Positions 1 to 10,132 of a stretch of 64,000 nt of DNA are shown one piece after another (position 1 is the stretch's first letter; each line of letters begins with the position of its first letter). The notes below the pieces were generated by a model. It was not told the DNA's origin. It saw only the letters and a list, made by a program, of their open reading frames with translations, and searched no databases. The DNA comes from Octopus sinensis (taxonomy: Eukaryota): NCBI RefSeq assembly GCF_006345805.1, contig NC_043013.1, forward strand, positions 43,524,001-43,588,000. Reading direction: 5' to 3'. A program made the position numbers and the translations under genes.

Positions 1-212
1 GATAGAATAAGTACCAGGATTACAAAGAATAAGTCCCAGGGTCGATTTGCTCAACTAAAGGCGGTGCTCCAGCATGGCCGCAGTCAAATGACTGAAACAA
101 GTAAAAGAGTAAAAGAGTAATACATTTTATCATTGCTCATACGGTGAATTTATCTTGTAGTGAATTTTCCTATATGGTGAAATTTCTGACGGCGAATTTT
201 CCAGACACATAC

Positions 213-260
213 TGAGACAAGTACAAGTGAACCTATGAAGCCTGCTCTTTTCTGATCAAG
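213..260 (-). CDS. Candidate exon of CEP70-like gene (LDQKRAGFIGSLVLVS), phase 0/0; gene continues off window
   Basis: TAG acceptor and GTATGT donor; open 48 nt, phase-compatible with exon 881-944. Confidence 0.35.
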
Positions 261-344
261 CTACTGAGAATAAATGAAAATAAAGACATTTTCTATACAA
301 ACCAGAGCCAGCACTGAAAGTTACATTTCATCGAAATCGATCAA

Positions 345-815
345 CATCAATGGAAATTGTAGTCGTGATAGCAGTGCCGGTGGCACATAAGAGAACCGTC
401 CGAACGTGGCCATTGCCAGCACTGCCTCGACTGGCCTCTGTGCCGGTGGCACGTAAAAAGCACCATCCGATCGTGGTCGTTGCCAGCCTCATCTGGCACC
501 TGTGCCGGTGGCACGTAAAAAACACCATCTGATCGTGGCCGTTGCCAGCCTCATCTGGCACCTGTGCCGGTGGCACGTAAAAAGCACCATCTGATCGTGG
601 CCGTTGCCAGCCTCATCTGGCACCTGTGCCGGTGGCACGTAAAAAGCACCCACTACACTCACGGAGTGGTTGGCGTTAGGAAGGGCATCCAGCTGTAGAA
701 ACACTGCCAGATCAGACTGGGCCTGGTGCAGCCTTCTGGTCTCCCAGACCCCAGTTGAACCGTCCAACACATGCTAGCATGGAAAGTGGACGTTAAATGA
801 TGATGATGATGATGT
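345..815 (+). mobile_element. 5'-truncated RTE 3' UTR copy with internal 61-bp tandem repeats
   Basis: Homologous to 6150-6560, ends in (GAT)n. Confidence 0.8.
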
Positions 816-880
816 AATCAATGTGATCAAGGATGGAAAAATAGGTAATGGGTGTATTTGCATATTTCGAGGCTTCTTAC

Positions 881-944
881 TCCTTCTTCATCACAAAATC
901 CAAGAACACATTGCTTGAATAGCTGTAACTTAAATAAGTGTAAC
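881..944 (-). CDS. Candidate exon of CEP70-like gene ((R)LHLFKLQLFKQCVLGFCDEEG)
   Basis: TAG acceptor, GTAAG donor, phase 2 start matches exon 1375-1463; an alternative acceptor at 922 also gives an open frame. Confidence 0.45.
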
Positions 945-994
945 CTAATTGGATATACCAATTTCACATAACAAACACATACCTGGCAACTGGT

Positions 995-1300
995 ATCATC
1001 ATCATCATCATCATCGTTTAACATCCGCTTTCCGTGCTAGCATGGGTTGGACGAATGACTGAGGGCTTACGAACCAGATGGCGGCACCAGGCTTCAATCT
1101 TGATCTGGCAGAGTTTCTACAGCTTGATGCCTTTCCTAATGCCAACCAGGCGAGGCTGGCAACGGCCACGATCGGTTGGTGCTTTTTACCTGCCACTGGC
1201 ACAGAAGTCAGTTGGGGTGGCGCTGGCAATGGTCACATTCGGATGGTTCTTTTACATGCCACCGGCTGTGGTATCACAACTACAATTTCCATTGATTTTT
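995..1300 (-). mobile_element. 5'-truncated RTE 3' UTR copy
   Basis: (CAT)n followed by gtttaacatccgctttcc... as at 6150. Confidence 0.78.
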
Positions 1301-1374
1301 GAGCAATAAGGGACACCGAAATACATATCAGAAGCTACAAGAGTAGTGAAACTAATGAAAGTTGTGATGGTTAC

Positions 1375-1463
1375 CTTGACTGTTTTTCCAACTCTAACAT
1401 TTTCAGTTTGGCTTCCAGCAGGTTGACCTTCTTGACATAGTCTTTCAGGGTCTTCTCCTGATT
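1375..1463 (-). CDS. CEP70: Exon of CEP70-like coiled-coil gene (NQEKTLKDYVKKVNLLEAKLKMLELEKQS)
   Basis: tttcag acceptor, GTAACC donor, 89 nt phase 0/2, heptad-like coiled-coil sequence. Confidence 0.55.
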
Positions 1464-1526
1464 CTGAAAGTAAATAAATTTCAGTGAGGTTGGTAGAAGA
1501 AAAAAGAAACATCTAATGGTTATGCT

Positions 1527-1687
1527 AAGGAGTGGCTGTGTGGTAAGCAGCTTGCTTACCAACCACATGGTTCTGGGTTCAGTCCCACTGCGTGGCATCT
1601 TGGGAAAGAGTCTTCTACTATAGCCTTGGGCCAACCAAAGCCTTTTGAGTGGATTTGGTAGACGGCAACTGAAAGAAGCCTGTCGTA

Positions 1688-1754
<67 letters not shown>

Positions 1755-2000
1755 ATATATATATATGTATGTATGTGTGTGTATATGCTTGTGTGTCTGT
1801 GTTTGTCCCCCCAACATCGCTTGACAACCGATGCTGGTGTGTTTACGTCCCCGTAACTTAGCAGTTCGGCAAAAGAGACTGATAGAATAAGTACTAGGCT
1901 TCCAAAGAATAAGTCCTGGGGTCAATTTGTTTGACTAAAGGCGGTGCTCCAGCATGGCCGTAGTCAAATGACTGAAACACGTAAAAGAGTAAAAGAGAGT
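1527..2000 (+). mobile_element. SINE family A (tRNA-like head, internal (TA)n/(TG)n, aagagta tail)
   Basis: A-box TGGCTGTGTGG, B-box-like GGTTCAGTCCC; about 18 copies in the window. Confidence 0.8.
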
Positions 2001-3108
2001 TATCAAAAGAGGAAGCATTAAAATATGATATAAATAAGTCATCCCCAACGTTGCTATTTTTACGTCTATTTTTTTGCCATGTCTGCATGAATTGTACAGA
2101 TCTACTCCAACACAATGTATGGCAACTAGTTACGGTCATTCATTATCTTCCTGAGATTCTGCACCCTGAGTTAAGCTTTCACCACTTCTGTCCAAATATC
2201 ACTAGGTCTTCCTGAGTTGAATACTGAATATGTACACAGATATACAAACACATTAGGAACTTCATGTCAGGTTAGTTATTTAGACTCTGCACAGCTGTGA
2301 TTGAGGCCCAACTTCTCTCTCAATACACTAGCACTCTATTGCACATGCACACTTACTTTACACATCCAGTGGAGCATACTAACTTCATTCCTTCTGGCCT
2401 TCACATGTCCTCTTGCATTCAGGGCCCACATTTCATGCTGTTCATATACATGCATCATACTTTCTTCCTTTCACTTGGAGAGAGAAACCTTTCATTGTCT
2501 ACAGAAGTAAAAGCTCTCTGGATTTTCTTCATCCTATTCTTATTCTAGCCATTACCCTCTCCATACGTCCCTCCGCACTACTAATTTATTCCCCTAGGTA
2601 GCAGGTAAAGAACTACTAAGCCCATAAGAGTGGAAGGAACTTGCAGTTTTCTGAAAAAAAAAAAATGGACACATATTAATTTATATATAGAGGGCATTAT
2701 ACATACATGCCAGGAGGCATTGTATATACATGCCAAACGCTAAGAGGGACAATCAGTCATTTCTACCAAAAATATTACTAATCCCACCGAATACATGTAT
2801 GTATAATGCCCTCTATATATAAATTAATATGTTCAATAAGAAATAATTTTTTTCGAAATTTTTTCTCTTATGAGGTTTTTACGCTATCTACCTGACAATT
2901 TCTTGTTAAGTTTTCCTTATTAAGTAGTTGTCCTTAATTGCTAAATTTTTATTCCGAAAAAACTTTTCCTCTCCCGAAATGCAATTCGTAAAAGTTTACC
3001 ATTTACCGGATGTAATATATATAAACTCACCCATGTGCTTCGTTGATGTTGATCAGTTAGCTGATCGGCTTAAGCGAGGCAGGGTCGTTGTTTATTTATA
3101 ATACATTC

Positions 3109-3156
3109 AGGCCTGCTGATGATTACGTAAGTATGAAATCACTGTGATACAGGCCT
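3109..3156 (+). ncRNA. Type I minimal hammerhead ribozyme fold
   Basis: AGGCCTG-CTGATGA-tTAC(GTAA)GTAt-GAAA-TCAC(T)GTGAT-A-CAGGCCT: 7-bp stem I, intact core, palindromic stem III, AUA cleavage triplet. Confidence 0.75.
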
Positions 3157-3598
3157 ATATTTTTAAATGTCTTACTTTGAAAAATTGCATTCGGTGGGAT
3201 TAGTAATATTTTTGGTAGAAATGACTGATTGTCCCTCTTAGCGTTTGGCATGTATATACAATGCCTCCTGGCATGTATGTATAATGCCCTCTATATATAA
3301 ATTAATATGTTCAATAAAAATAATTTTTTTCGAAATTTTTTTTCGAAATTTTTTCTCTTATGAGGTTTTTACGCTATCTACCTGACAATTTCTTGTTAAG
3401 TTTTCCTTATTAGTAGTTGTCCTTAATTGCTAAATTTTTATTCCGAAAAAACTTTTCCTCTCCCGAAATGCAATTCGTAAAAGTTTACCATTTACCCGGA
3501 TGTAATATATATAAACTCACCCATGTGCTTCGTTGATGTTGATCAGTTAGCTGATCGGCTTAAGCGAGGCAGGGTCGTTGTTTATTTATAATACATTC

Positions 3599-3644
3599 AG
3601 GCCTGCTGATGATTACGTAAGTATGAATCACTGTGATACAGGCT
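3599..3644 (+). ncRNA. Second, damaged hammerhead copy
   Basis: Same fold, but GAAA is GAA and stem I lacks one C. Confidence 0.5.
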
Positions 3645-3783
3645 ATATTTTTAAATGTCTTACTTTGAAAAATTGCATTCGGTGGGATTAGTATATTTTT
3701 GGTAGAAATGACTGATTGTCCCTCTTAGCGTTTGGCATGTATATACAATGCCTCCTGGCATGTATGTATAATGCCCTCTATAT

Positions 3784-3825
<42 letters not shown>

Positions 3826-3874
3826 AGGCTCACAGACAGAGCATCAATGAACACAAACAATACAGAATACTTAC

Positions 3875-3938
3875 CCTGTGTAGAACAGACTTATGGCTCA
3901 GAAATCCTTCCTCTTCTTCAATACTTTGGTGCTTCTTC
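3875..3938 (-). CDS. CEP70: Exon of CEP70-like gene, copy 1 (KKHQSIEEEEGFLSHKSVLHR)
   Basis: ttatctttatag acceptor, GTAAGT donor, 64 nt phase 2/0; bridges exon 12771-12839 to exon 1375-1463 in frame. Confidence 0.55.
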
Positions 3939-4496
3939 CTATAAAGATAACAATAATGAAATAATCCGTTATACAGAATATACTATATTATAGTATATGT
4001 ACTAGCAAGCTCACTTGCTTTTCTGTATTGCGGAAGCAACTATAGAGTTGATTTGCTTCTGGCTGACGTGAAAATGGTAAATGAAGTGATACCCAGAAAA
4101 AAAATTTGCAAAATAAAAAATAAGATAAAATTATTTGAAACCTCATAGTGCAAGCACAAATTGATAATTTATATCAACAATAAACAGCATTTGTTTTTTG
4201 TGTGTATGGGTAGATGGGTGGGTTTGGGTAGGTAGGTAAGAAGGGAGGTAGATGGGCAGGTAGGTAGGTAGGTAAGTAGTTAGGTAGATAGATAGATATT
4301 TAGAGTGAATATACATATAAATAACATAAAAATGTTTCCAATGCCACAGAGCAAGTATAAATCAATAATTAAAAGATACATATTTGTAACAGAGAAAGTA
4401 TTAACACTGAGAGGTAATATCTATCCCCTCTTAAATGTAGACATTCTGTTGGAACAAACAATACTGTAGTAGATACCATGGGAGTTTCTCTTATGG

Positions 4497-4557
4497 CCAA
4501 GTGTCAATCACTGATGAGACAAAGGAAGGCCGAAATCATGTGATCTGGTGGACTTGG
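4497..4557 (+). ncRNA. Type I hammerhead ribozyme fold (second family)
   Basis: CCAAgtGTCaATCA-CTGATGA-GAC...GCC-GAAA-TCA(TG)TGAT-C-TGGTgGACTTGG; AUC triplet; bulged stem I of about 11 pairs. Confidence 0.65.
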
Positions 4558-4890
4558 TGCTGGAGGTGGTGGGGGTTTATCTCACAAGCAATTTAAACAA
4601 GAGTGCATTTTACACCAAAAGCTAATATGAGAGTTTCTCTTATGGTATAAACTGCAGTATGGTTTGTTCTAACATCCACGTTGAAGTGGGGATAAATATT
4701 ACCTCTATTAATAATTAAAGTCAACAATAAACAAACTATGTAGGTGTGTGCATATATATGAGTATATATGAGCTTGTGTATGCATGTCTATATGTGTGTT
4801 AGCATGTATATGTAAATAATATATATATATATATATATGTCAGGCTCACAGACAGAGCATCAATGAACACAAACAATACAGAATACTTAC

Positions 4891-4954
4891 CCTGTGTAGA
4901 ACAGACTTATGGCTCAGAAATCCTTCCTCTTCTTCAATACTTTGGTGCTTCTTC
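4891..4954 (-). CDS. CEP70: Identical second copy of the 64-nt CEP70-like exon
   Basis: Same sequence and splice sites as 3875-3938, offset 1016 bp. Confidence 0.5.
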
Positions 4955-5509
4955 CTATAAAGATAACAATAATGAAATAATCCGTTATACAGAATATACT
5001 ATATTATAGTATATGTACTAGCAAGCTCACTGCTTTTCTGTATTGCGGAAGCAACTATAGAGTTGATTTGCTTCTGGCTGACGTGAAAATGGTAAATGAA
5101 GTGATACCCAGAAAAAAATTTGCAAAATAAAAATAAGATAAAATTATTTGAAACCTCATAGTGCAAGCACAAATTGATAATTTATATCAACAATAAACAG
5201 CATTTGTTTTTTGTGTGTATGGGTAGATGGGTGGGTTTGGGTAGGTAGGTAAGAAGGGAGGTAGATGGGCAGGTAGGTAGGTAGGTAAGTAGTTAGGTAG
5301 ATAGATAGATATTTAGAGTGAATATACATATAAATAACATAAAAATGTTTCCAATGCCACAGAGCAAGTATAAATCAATAATTAAAAGATACATATTTGT
5401 AACAGAGAAAGTATTAACACTGAGAGGTAATATCTATCCCCTCTTAAATGTAGACATTCTGTTGGAACAAACAATACTGTAGTAGATACCATGGGAGTTT
5501 CTCTTATGG

Positions 5510-5570
5510 CCAAGTGTCAATCACTGATGAGACAAAGGAAGGCCGAAATCATGTGATCTGGTGGACTTGG
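5510..5570 (+). ncRNA. Duplicate of the hammerhead at 4497-4557
   Basis: Identical sequence within the 1-kb tandem duplication. Confidence 0.62.
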
Positions 5571-5833
5571 TGCTGGAGGTGGTGGGGGTTTATCTCACAA
5601 GCAATTTAAACAAGAGTGCATTTTACACAAAAGCTAATATGAGAGTTTCTCTTATGGTATAAACTGCAGTATGGTTTGTTCTAACATCCACGTTGAAGTG
5701 GGGATAAATATTACCTCTATTAATAATTAAAGTCAACAATAAACAAACTATGTAGGTGTGTGCATATATATGAGTATATATGAGCTTGTGTATGCATGTC
5801 TATATGTGTGTTAGCATGTATATGTAAATATAT

Positions 5834-5898
<65 letters not shown>

Positions 5899-5906
5899 TA
5901 TATATA

Positions 5907-6110
5907 TCATCATCATCATCGTTTAGCGTCCGTTTTCCATGCTAGCATGGGTTGGACGGTTCTACTGGGGTCTGTGAAGCCAGAAGGCTTCATCAGGCCC
6001 AGTCAAATCTGGCAGTGTTTCTACGGCTGGATGCCCTTCCTAACGCCAACCACTCCGTGAGTGTAGTGGGTGCTTTCTATGTGCAACCAGCACGGGTGCC
6101 AGTTACGAAA
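5907..6110 (-). mobile_element. Duplicated 3' end of the adjacent RTE LINE
   Basis: Identical to 6152-6330, including diagnostic variants. Confidence 0.8.
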
Positions 6111-6562
6111 CACCAGCATTGGCCATGACACCAATATATATATATATATATCATCATCATCATCATCATCGTTTAGCGTCCGTTTTCCATGCTAGCATGG
6201 GTTGGACGGTTCTACTGGGGTCTGTGAAGCCAGAAGGCTTCATCAGGCCCAGTCAAATCTGGCAGTGTTTCTACGGCTGGATGCCCTTCCTAACGCCAAC
6301 CACTCCGTGAGTGTAGTGGGTGCTTTTTACGTGCCACCCGCACAGGTGCCAGACAGAGCTGGCAAACGGCCACGAACGGATGGTGCTTTTTATGTGCCAC
6401 CGGCACAAGGGCCAGGCGAGGCTGGCAACGGACACGAAACGGGGCGGTGCTGGCAACGGTCACGAAACGGAAGGTTCTCTTACATGCCACCGGCACTGGT
6501 AACACATCTGCAATTTCCATTGATCGATTTCCATTCTGATCCTCACTTGCCTCAACGGGTCT

Positions 6563-8584
6563 TCACAAGTAGAGTTTCGACATGCCACCAGCACTGGTAC
6601 ACATCTGCAATTTCCATTGATCGATTTCGATTCTGATCCTCACTTGCCTCAACAGGTCTTCACAAGTAGAGTTGATCCTCACTTGCCTCAACAGGTCTTC
6701 ACAAGTAGAGTTTTGTGTCCCAAGAAGGGAAGGTATGCATACGTAGGCTGGCTCCATCCCAAGTAGAAGGCCACGGGTTATGGACTCACTTGTCCTGCGG
6801 GTCTTCTCGCGCACAGCACACTTCCAGAGGACTCGGTCTCTAGTCATTTCCTCAGTGAGACCTAAAGTTCGAAGGTCGTGCTTCACCACCTCGTCCCAGG
6901 TTTTCCTGGGTCTGCCTCTTCCACAGGTTCCCTCAACCGCTAGGGTGTGGCACTTTTTCACACAACTATCTTCATCCATTCTCGCCACATGACCATACCA
7001 GCGCAATCGTCTCTCTTGCACACCACAACTGATGCTTCTTAGGTCCAGCTTTTCTCTCAAGGTACTTACACTCTGTCGATTATGAACACTGACATTACAC
7101 ATCCATCGGAGCATACTGGCTTCATTTCTTGCGAGCTTACGCATATCCTCAGCAGTCACGGCCCATGTTTCACTGCCATGTAGCATGGCTGTTCGTACAC
7201 ACGCATCATACAGTCTGCCTTTCACTCTGTGCGAGAGGCCTTTTGTCACCAGCAGGGGTAAGAGCTCTCTGAACTTTGCCCAAGCTATTCTTACTCTAGC
7301 AGTTACACTTTCAGCACACCCGCCCCCGCTGCTGACTTGGTCACCTAGGTAACGGAAACTATCAACTATTTCTAGTTTTTCTCCCTGGAAAGTGACGGAA
7401 GTTGGTCTCAGAGCATTTTCAGTGTTTATTGTTCCTGAGCATCTGCCACATACAAAAACCATCTTCCTAGTTAGCCTTCCTTTGACATTGCTGCACCTCT
7501 TATGTGTCCATAGCTTACACTTGGTGCATCTTATAGAGTTTCTACCTACACCTTTTCTACAGATCGAGCAGGGCCATCTACCTGAAGGCGTTTGTGATTT
7601 GTCTACCTTCCTACTGATTACGACTTTGGTTTTAGCTAGATTGACTCTGAGGCCCTTCGATTCTAATCCTTGTTTCCACACCTGAAACTTCTCCTCCAGT
7701 TCTGATAGCGACTCAGCAATTAGAGCAAGGTCATCAGCATAGAGGAGCTCCCAAGGGCATCCTGACTTGAATTCCTCCGTTATTGCCTGGAGGACTATGA
7801 TAAATAGGAGGGGGCTGAGTACTGAGCCTTGGTGGACCCCTACCTCTACCCGGAATTCTTCACTGTACTCGTTTCCAACCCTCACCCTACTAGCAGCATC
7901 CCTATACATGGCCCGCACAGCTCTCACTAACCATTCATCTATCCCTAGTTTCCTCATTGCCCACCAGATAAGGGATCGGGGGACCCTGTCAAAGGCTTTC
8001 TCCATGTCAACAAAAGCCAGGTACAGGGGCTTATCTTTGGCTAGGTATTTCTCCTGCAGCTGCCTTACCAGGAATATAGCATCAGTAGTACTTTTTCCTG
8101 GCACAAACCCAAACTGCATCTCATCTAAACTAACTCTCTCTCTAATTAGTTGGGCTATGACCCTCTCCGTAACCTTCATCACCTGATCCAACAGCTTGAT
8201 ACCTCTGTAATTATTTGTATCTAGGGCATCACCTTTACCTTTGTAGCAGTTGACTATTATGCTGCTACACCAGTCATTGGGTATGACTCCTTTGTGTATC
8301 ACCTGATTAACTATATGGGTGACTAGGCTATAGCCAACACTACCAGACATTTTGAGCATCTCTGCAGTGATTCCTGATGGGCCTGGGGCTTTTCCTGTCT
8401 TCATGCTTCTAATTGCCTTAGCTACCACGGAACTATCAACTCGGATAGCTGGTCCCTCTGTTGGGTCAACATTCGGCAGACTCTCTTTATCCCATTCATT
8501 TTCTTTATTCAGCAAACTTTCATAGTGGCATCTCCAAGCCTCTCTCTTTGCATCCTCATTTAGCGCAAGTGAACCATCTTCCAT
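6563..8584 (-). CDS. RTE LINE ORF, reverse transcriptase part (true stop probably at 6786)
   Basis: Motifs KAPGPSG, NYRGIKLL, QFGF, FVDMEKAFDRV, GVHQGSVLSP, YADD, RLRWYGHV, GRPRKTW. Confidence 0.95.
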   Translation of the reverse strand: MEDGSLALNEDAKREAWRCHYESLLNKENEWDKESLPNVDPTEGPAIRVDSSVVAKAIRSMKTGKAPGPSGITAEMLKMSGSVGYSLVTHIVNQVIHKGVIPNDWCSSIIVNCYKGKGDALDTNNYRGIKLLDQVMKVTERVIAQLIRERVSLDEMQFGFVPGKSTTDAIFLVRQLQEKYLAKDKPLYLAFVDMEKAFDRVPRSLIWWAMRKLGIDEWLVRAVRAMYRDAASRVRVGNEYSEEFRVEVGVHQGSVLSPLLFIIVLQAITEEFKSGCPWELLYADDLALIAESLSELEEKFQVWKQGLESKGLRVNLAKTKVVISRKVDKSQTPSGRWPCSICRKGVGRNSIRCTKCKLWTHKRCSNVKGRLTRKMVFVCGRCSGTINTENALRPTSVTFQGEKLEIVDSFRYLGDQVSSGGGCAESVTARVRIAWAKFRELLPLLVTKGLSHRVKGRLYDACVRTAMLHGSETWAVTAEDMRKLARNEASMLRWMCNVSVHNRQSVSTLREKLDLRSISCGVQERRLRWYGHVARMDEDSCVKKCHTLAVEGTCGRGRPRKTWDEVVKHDLRTLGLTEEMTRDRVLWKCAVREKTRRTSESITRGLLLGMEPAYVCIPSLLGTQNSTCEDLLRQVRINSTCEDLLRQVRIRIEIDQWKLQMCTSAGGMSKLYL

Positions 8585-8601
8585 GCGAACACACTTCTCT
8601 C

Positions 8602-9951
8602 CTACACATCACGATTCTCTCTCACACACTGTCTTGCAACGCGAAACACCTCCAGTCTTTGGTCCTCACGGCGCAGAACATTGGCAAATTTTTTCTTATC
8701 TGCTTCCCCTCTGGCTAAATAAACCTGTCTCTTAGCTTCTCTTTTGGCAGTCTGATACAATTCCCTGCTACCCCCATTTTTCCAGACCTTCCAAGCCTGT
8801 CTCTTTTCTCTAATAGCCCTGTCTACAATATTGTTCCACCACCACGTTATTCTAGGTCGAGAGGGGACTTTGCACCAGCCACAGATCTGGTCAGTGGCTC
8901 TCAGCAGGTTGTACCTTAGAAACGTCCAGCTGTCTTCTACCCCCTGTGATGCTCGATCCCCTTCAACCTCGTCAGAGGCTTCAAGTAATATGTCTCTAAA
9001 TCTCTGTCCATTTGCAGGATCTTTAAGCTTCCAGATCCTTCTTCTCCATATTGGTGGTCTTCTGGTTGTCCTCCTAGTCCTGATCCTAAAGTCACTAACT
9101 ACCAGTCTATGTTGTGGGGTACATTCTTCACCTGGGAAGGTTTTGGCATTTATAAGCAGCCAACTCTCCCTTTGCCTTGCAAGGATGTAGTCAATTTGGC
9201 TGGTATGTTGGCCCGATCGGTAAGTGACTAGGTGGCTGGTAGGTTTCCTGAAGTTAGTGTTGCAAATCATAAGATTATTTGCATCGCAGAACTCCAGCAG
9301 CCTGGTTCCCTCCTTGTTTCGGGAGCCATAGCCATAGCCTCCATGTACGCCATGGAAGCCCCCAGCATGTCGTCCAATGTGACCATTGAAGTCACCAGCC
9401 ACAAAGATAAGGTCTCTGTCGTTCGTTGACGAGGTAGTCTGCAGTAGAGTGTCATAGAATCGGTCTTTCTGTCCATCAGGTAGCCCCGACTGAGGAGCAT
9501 AGGCTGATATAATGGTTGCTAAACTATGATGAAGCACTAATCTAATCTTAAGTATTCTGTCACATACTCTGATTACCTCAATTACTTTATCTACCCATTT
9601 CTCAGCGATAAGTATACCCACGCCACCAACCCCGTCAGTGTTCCCTGCCCAGAAAATCTTGTACCTGCGTTCCTTGCCTGTGAGGAAGCTAGCTGATCCT
9701 CCTCTCCACCTTATTTCTTGCATGCAACATATATCCACACATCTCCGTTCAAGCATCTCGACTATCTCACCAGACCTACCTTTCAGAGTGCCAACGTTGA
9801 GGGTGCCAACCCTGAGGGTGTGGGAGGCATGGGCTCTAGAGACCCTTGGACGGTGGACAGTAGCTTCGTGTACCTGAAAAGAAAGCTTGCATTTGGCAGA
9901 ATTCATGTGCAAGAAATGAAGTAGTAAAGTAGCCTTCAGTACAACCTGCAT
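8602..9951 (-). CDS. RTE LINE ORF, AP-endonuclease part (frameshifted from the RT part)
   Basis: Motifs GTLNVGTL, MQEIRW, IISAYAPQ, AGDFNGHIG, SQIDYIL, QHRLVV. Confidence 0.92.
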   Translation of the reverse strand: MQVVLKATLLLHFLHMNSAKCKLSFQVHEATVHRPRVSRAHASHTLRVGTLNVGTLKGRSGEIVEMLERRCVDICCMQEIRWRGGSASFLTGKERRYKIFWAGNTDGVGGVGILIAEKWVDKVIEVIRVCDRILKIRLVLHHSLATIISAYAPQSGLPDGQKDRFYDTLLQTTSSTNDRDLIFVAGDFNGHIGRHAGGFHGVHGGYGYGSRNKEGTRLLEFCDANNLMICNTNFRKPTSHLVTYRSGQHTSQIDYILARQRESWLLINAKTFPGEECTPQHRLVVSDFRIRTRRTTRRPPIWRRRIWKLKDPANGQRFRDILLEASDEVEGDRASQGVEDSWTFLRYNLLRATDQICGWCKVPSRPRITWWWNNIVDRAIREKRQAWKVWKNGGSRELYQTAKREAKRQVYLARGEADKKKFANVLRREDQRLEVFRVARQCVRENRDV

Positions 9952-10132
9952 AACACTAGCCTTTCATATTTTGCACTGTATGAACATTACCTTACATAGG
10001 TCGAGACTAGGGGTAGGGAGGGGTAGGGATGGTGAGAGCATTTGCAGTCTTCATGGGAAGCAACCCCGGAATGGCAAAGAATAGGAATTTCCGGCATGTG
10101 CGGTGGGGGTTGGAGGGCGGGTGCACCGTAGG

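Larger units (their letters stand above)
2671..3790 (+). mobile_element. Hammerhead-bearing tandem element (Penelope-like/retrozyme-like), two ~480-490-bp units plus an inverted 122-bp segment
   Basis: Unit starts at 2794, 3272 and 3759; 2671-2792 is the reverse complement of 3189-3310. Confidence 0.7.
3800..5845. repeat. ~1016-bp tandem segmental duplication bounded by (TA)n tracts
   Basis: atgtcaggctcacagacagagc at about 3821 and 4837; copies differ only by single-base indels. Confidence 0.9.

Noticed and set aside
6202-6636. Recurrent ORFs such as MDGSTGV...DALPNANH and [10 protein letters not shown]...
   Set aside because: Chance frames in the RTE 3' UTR and SINE family A
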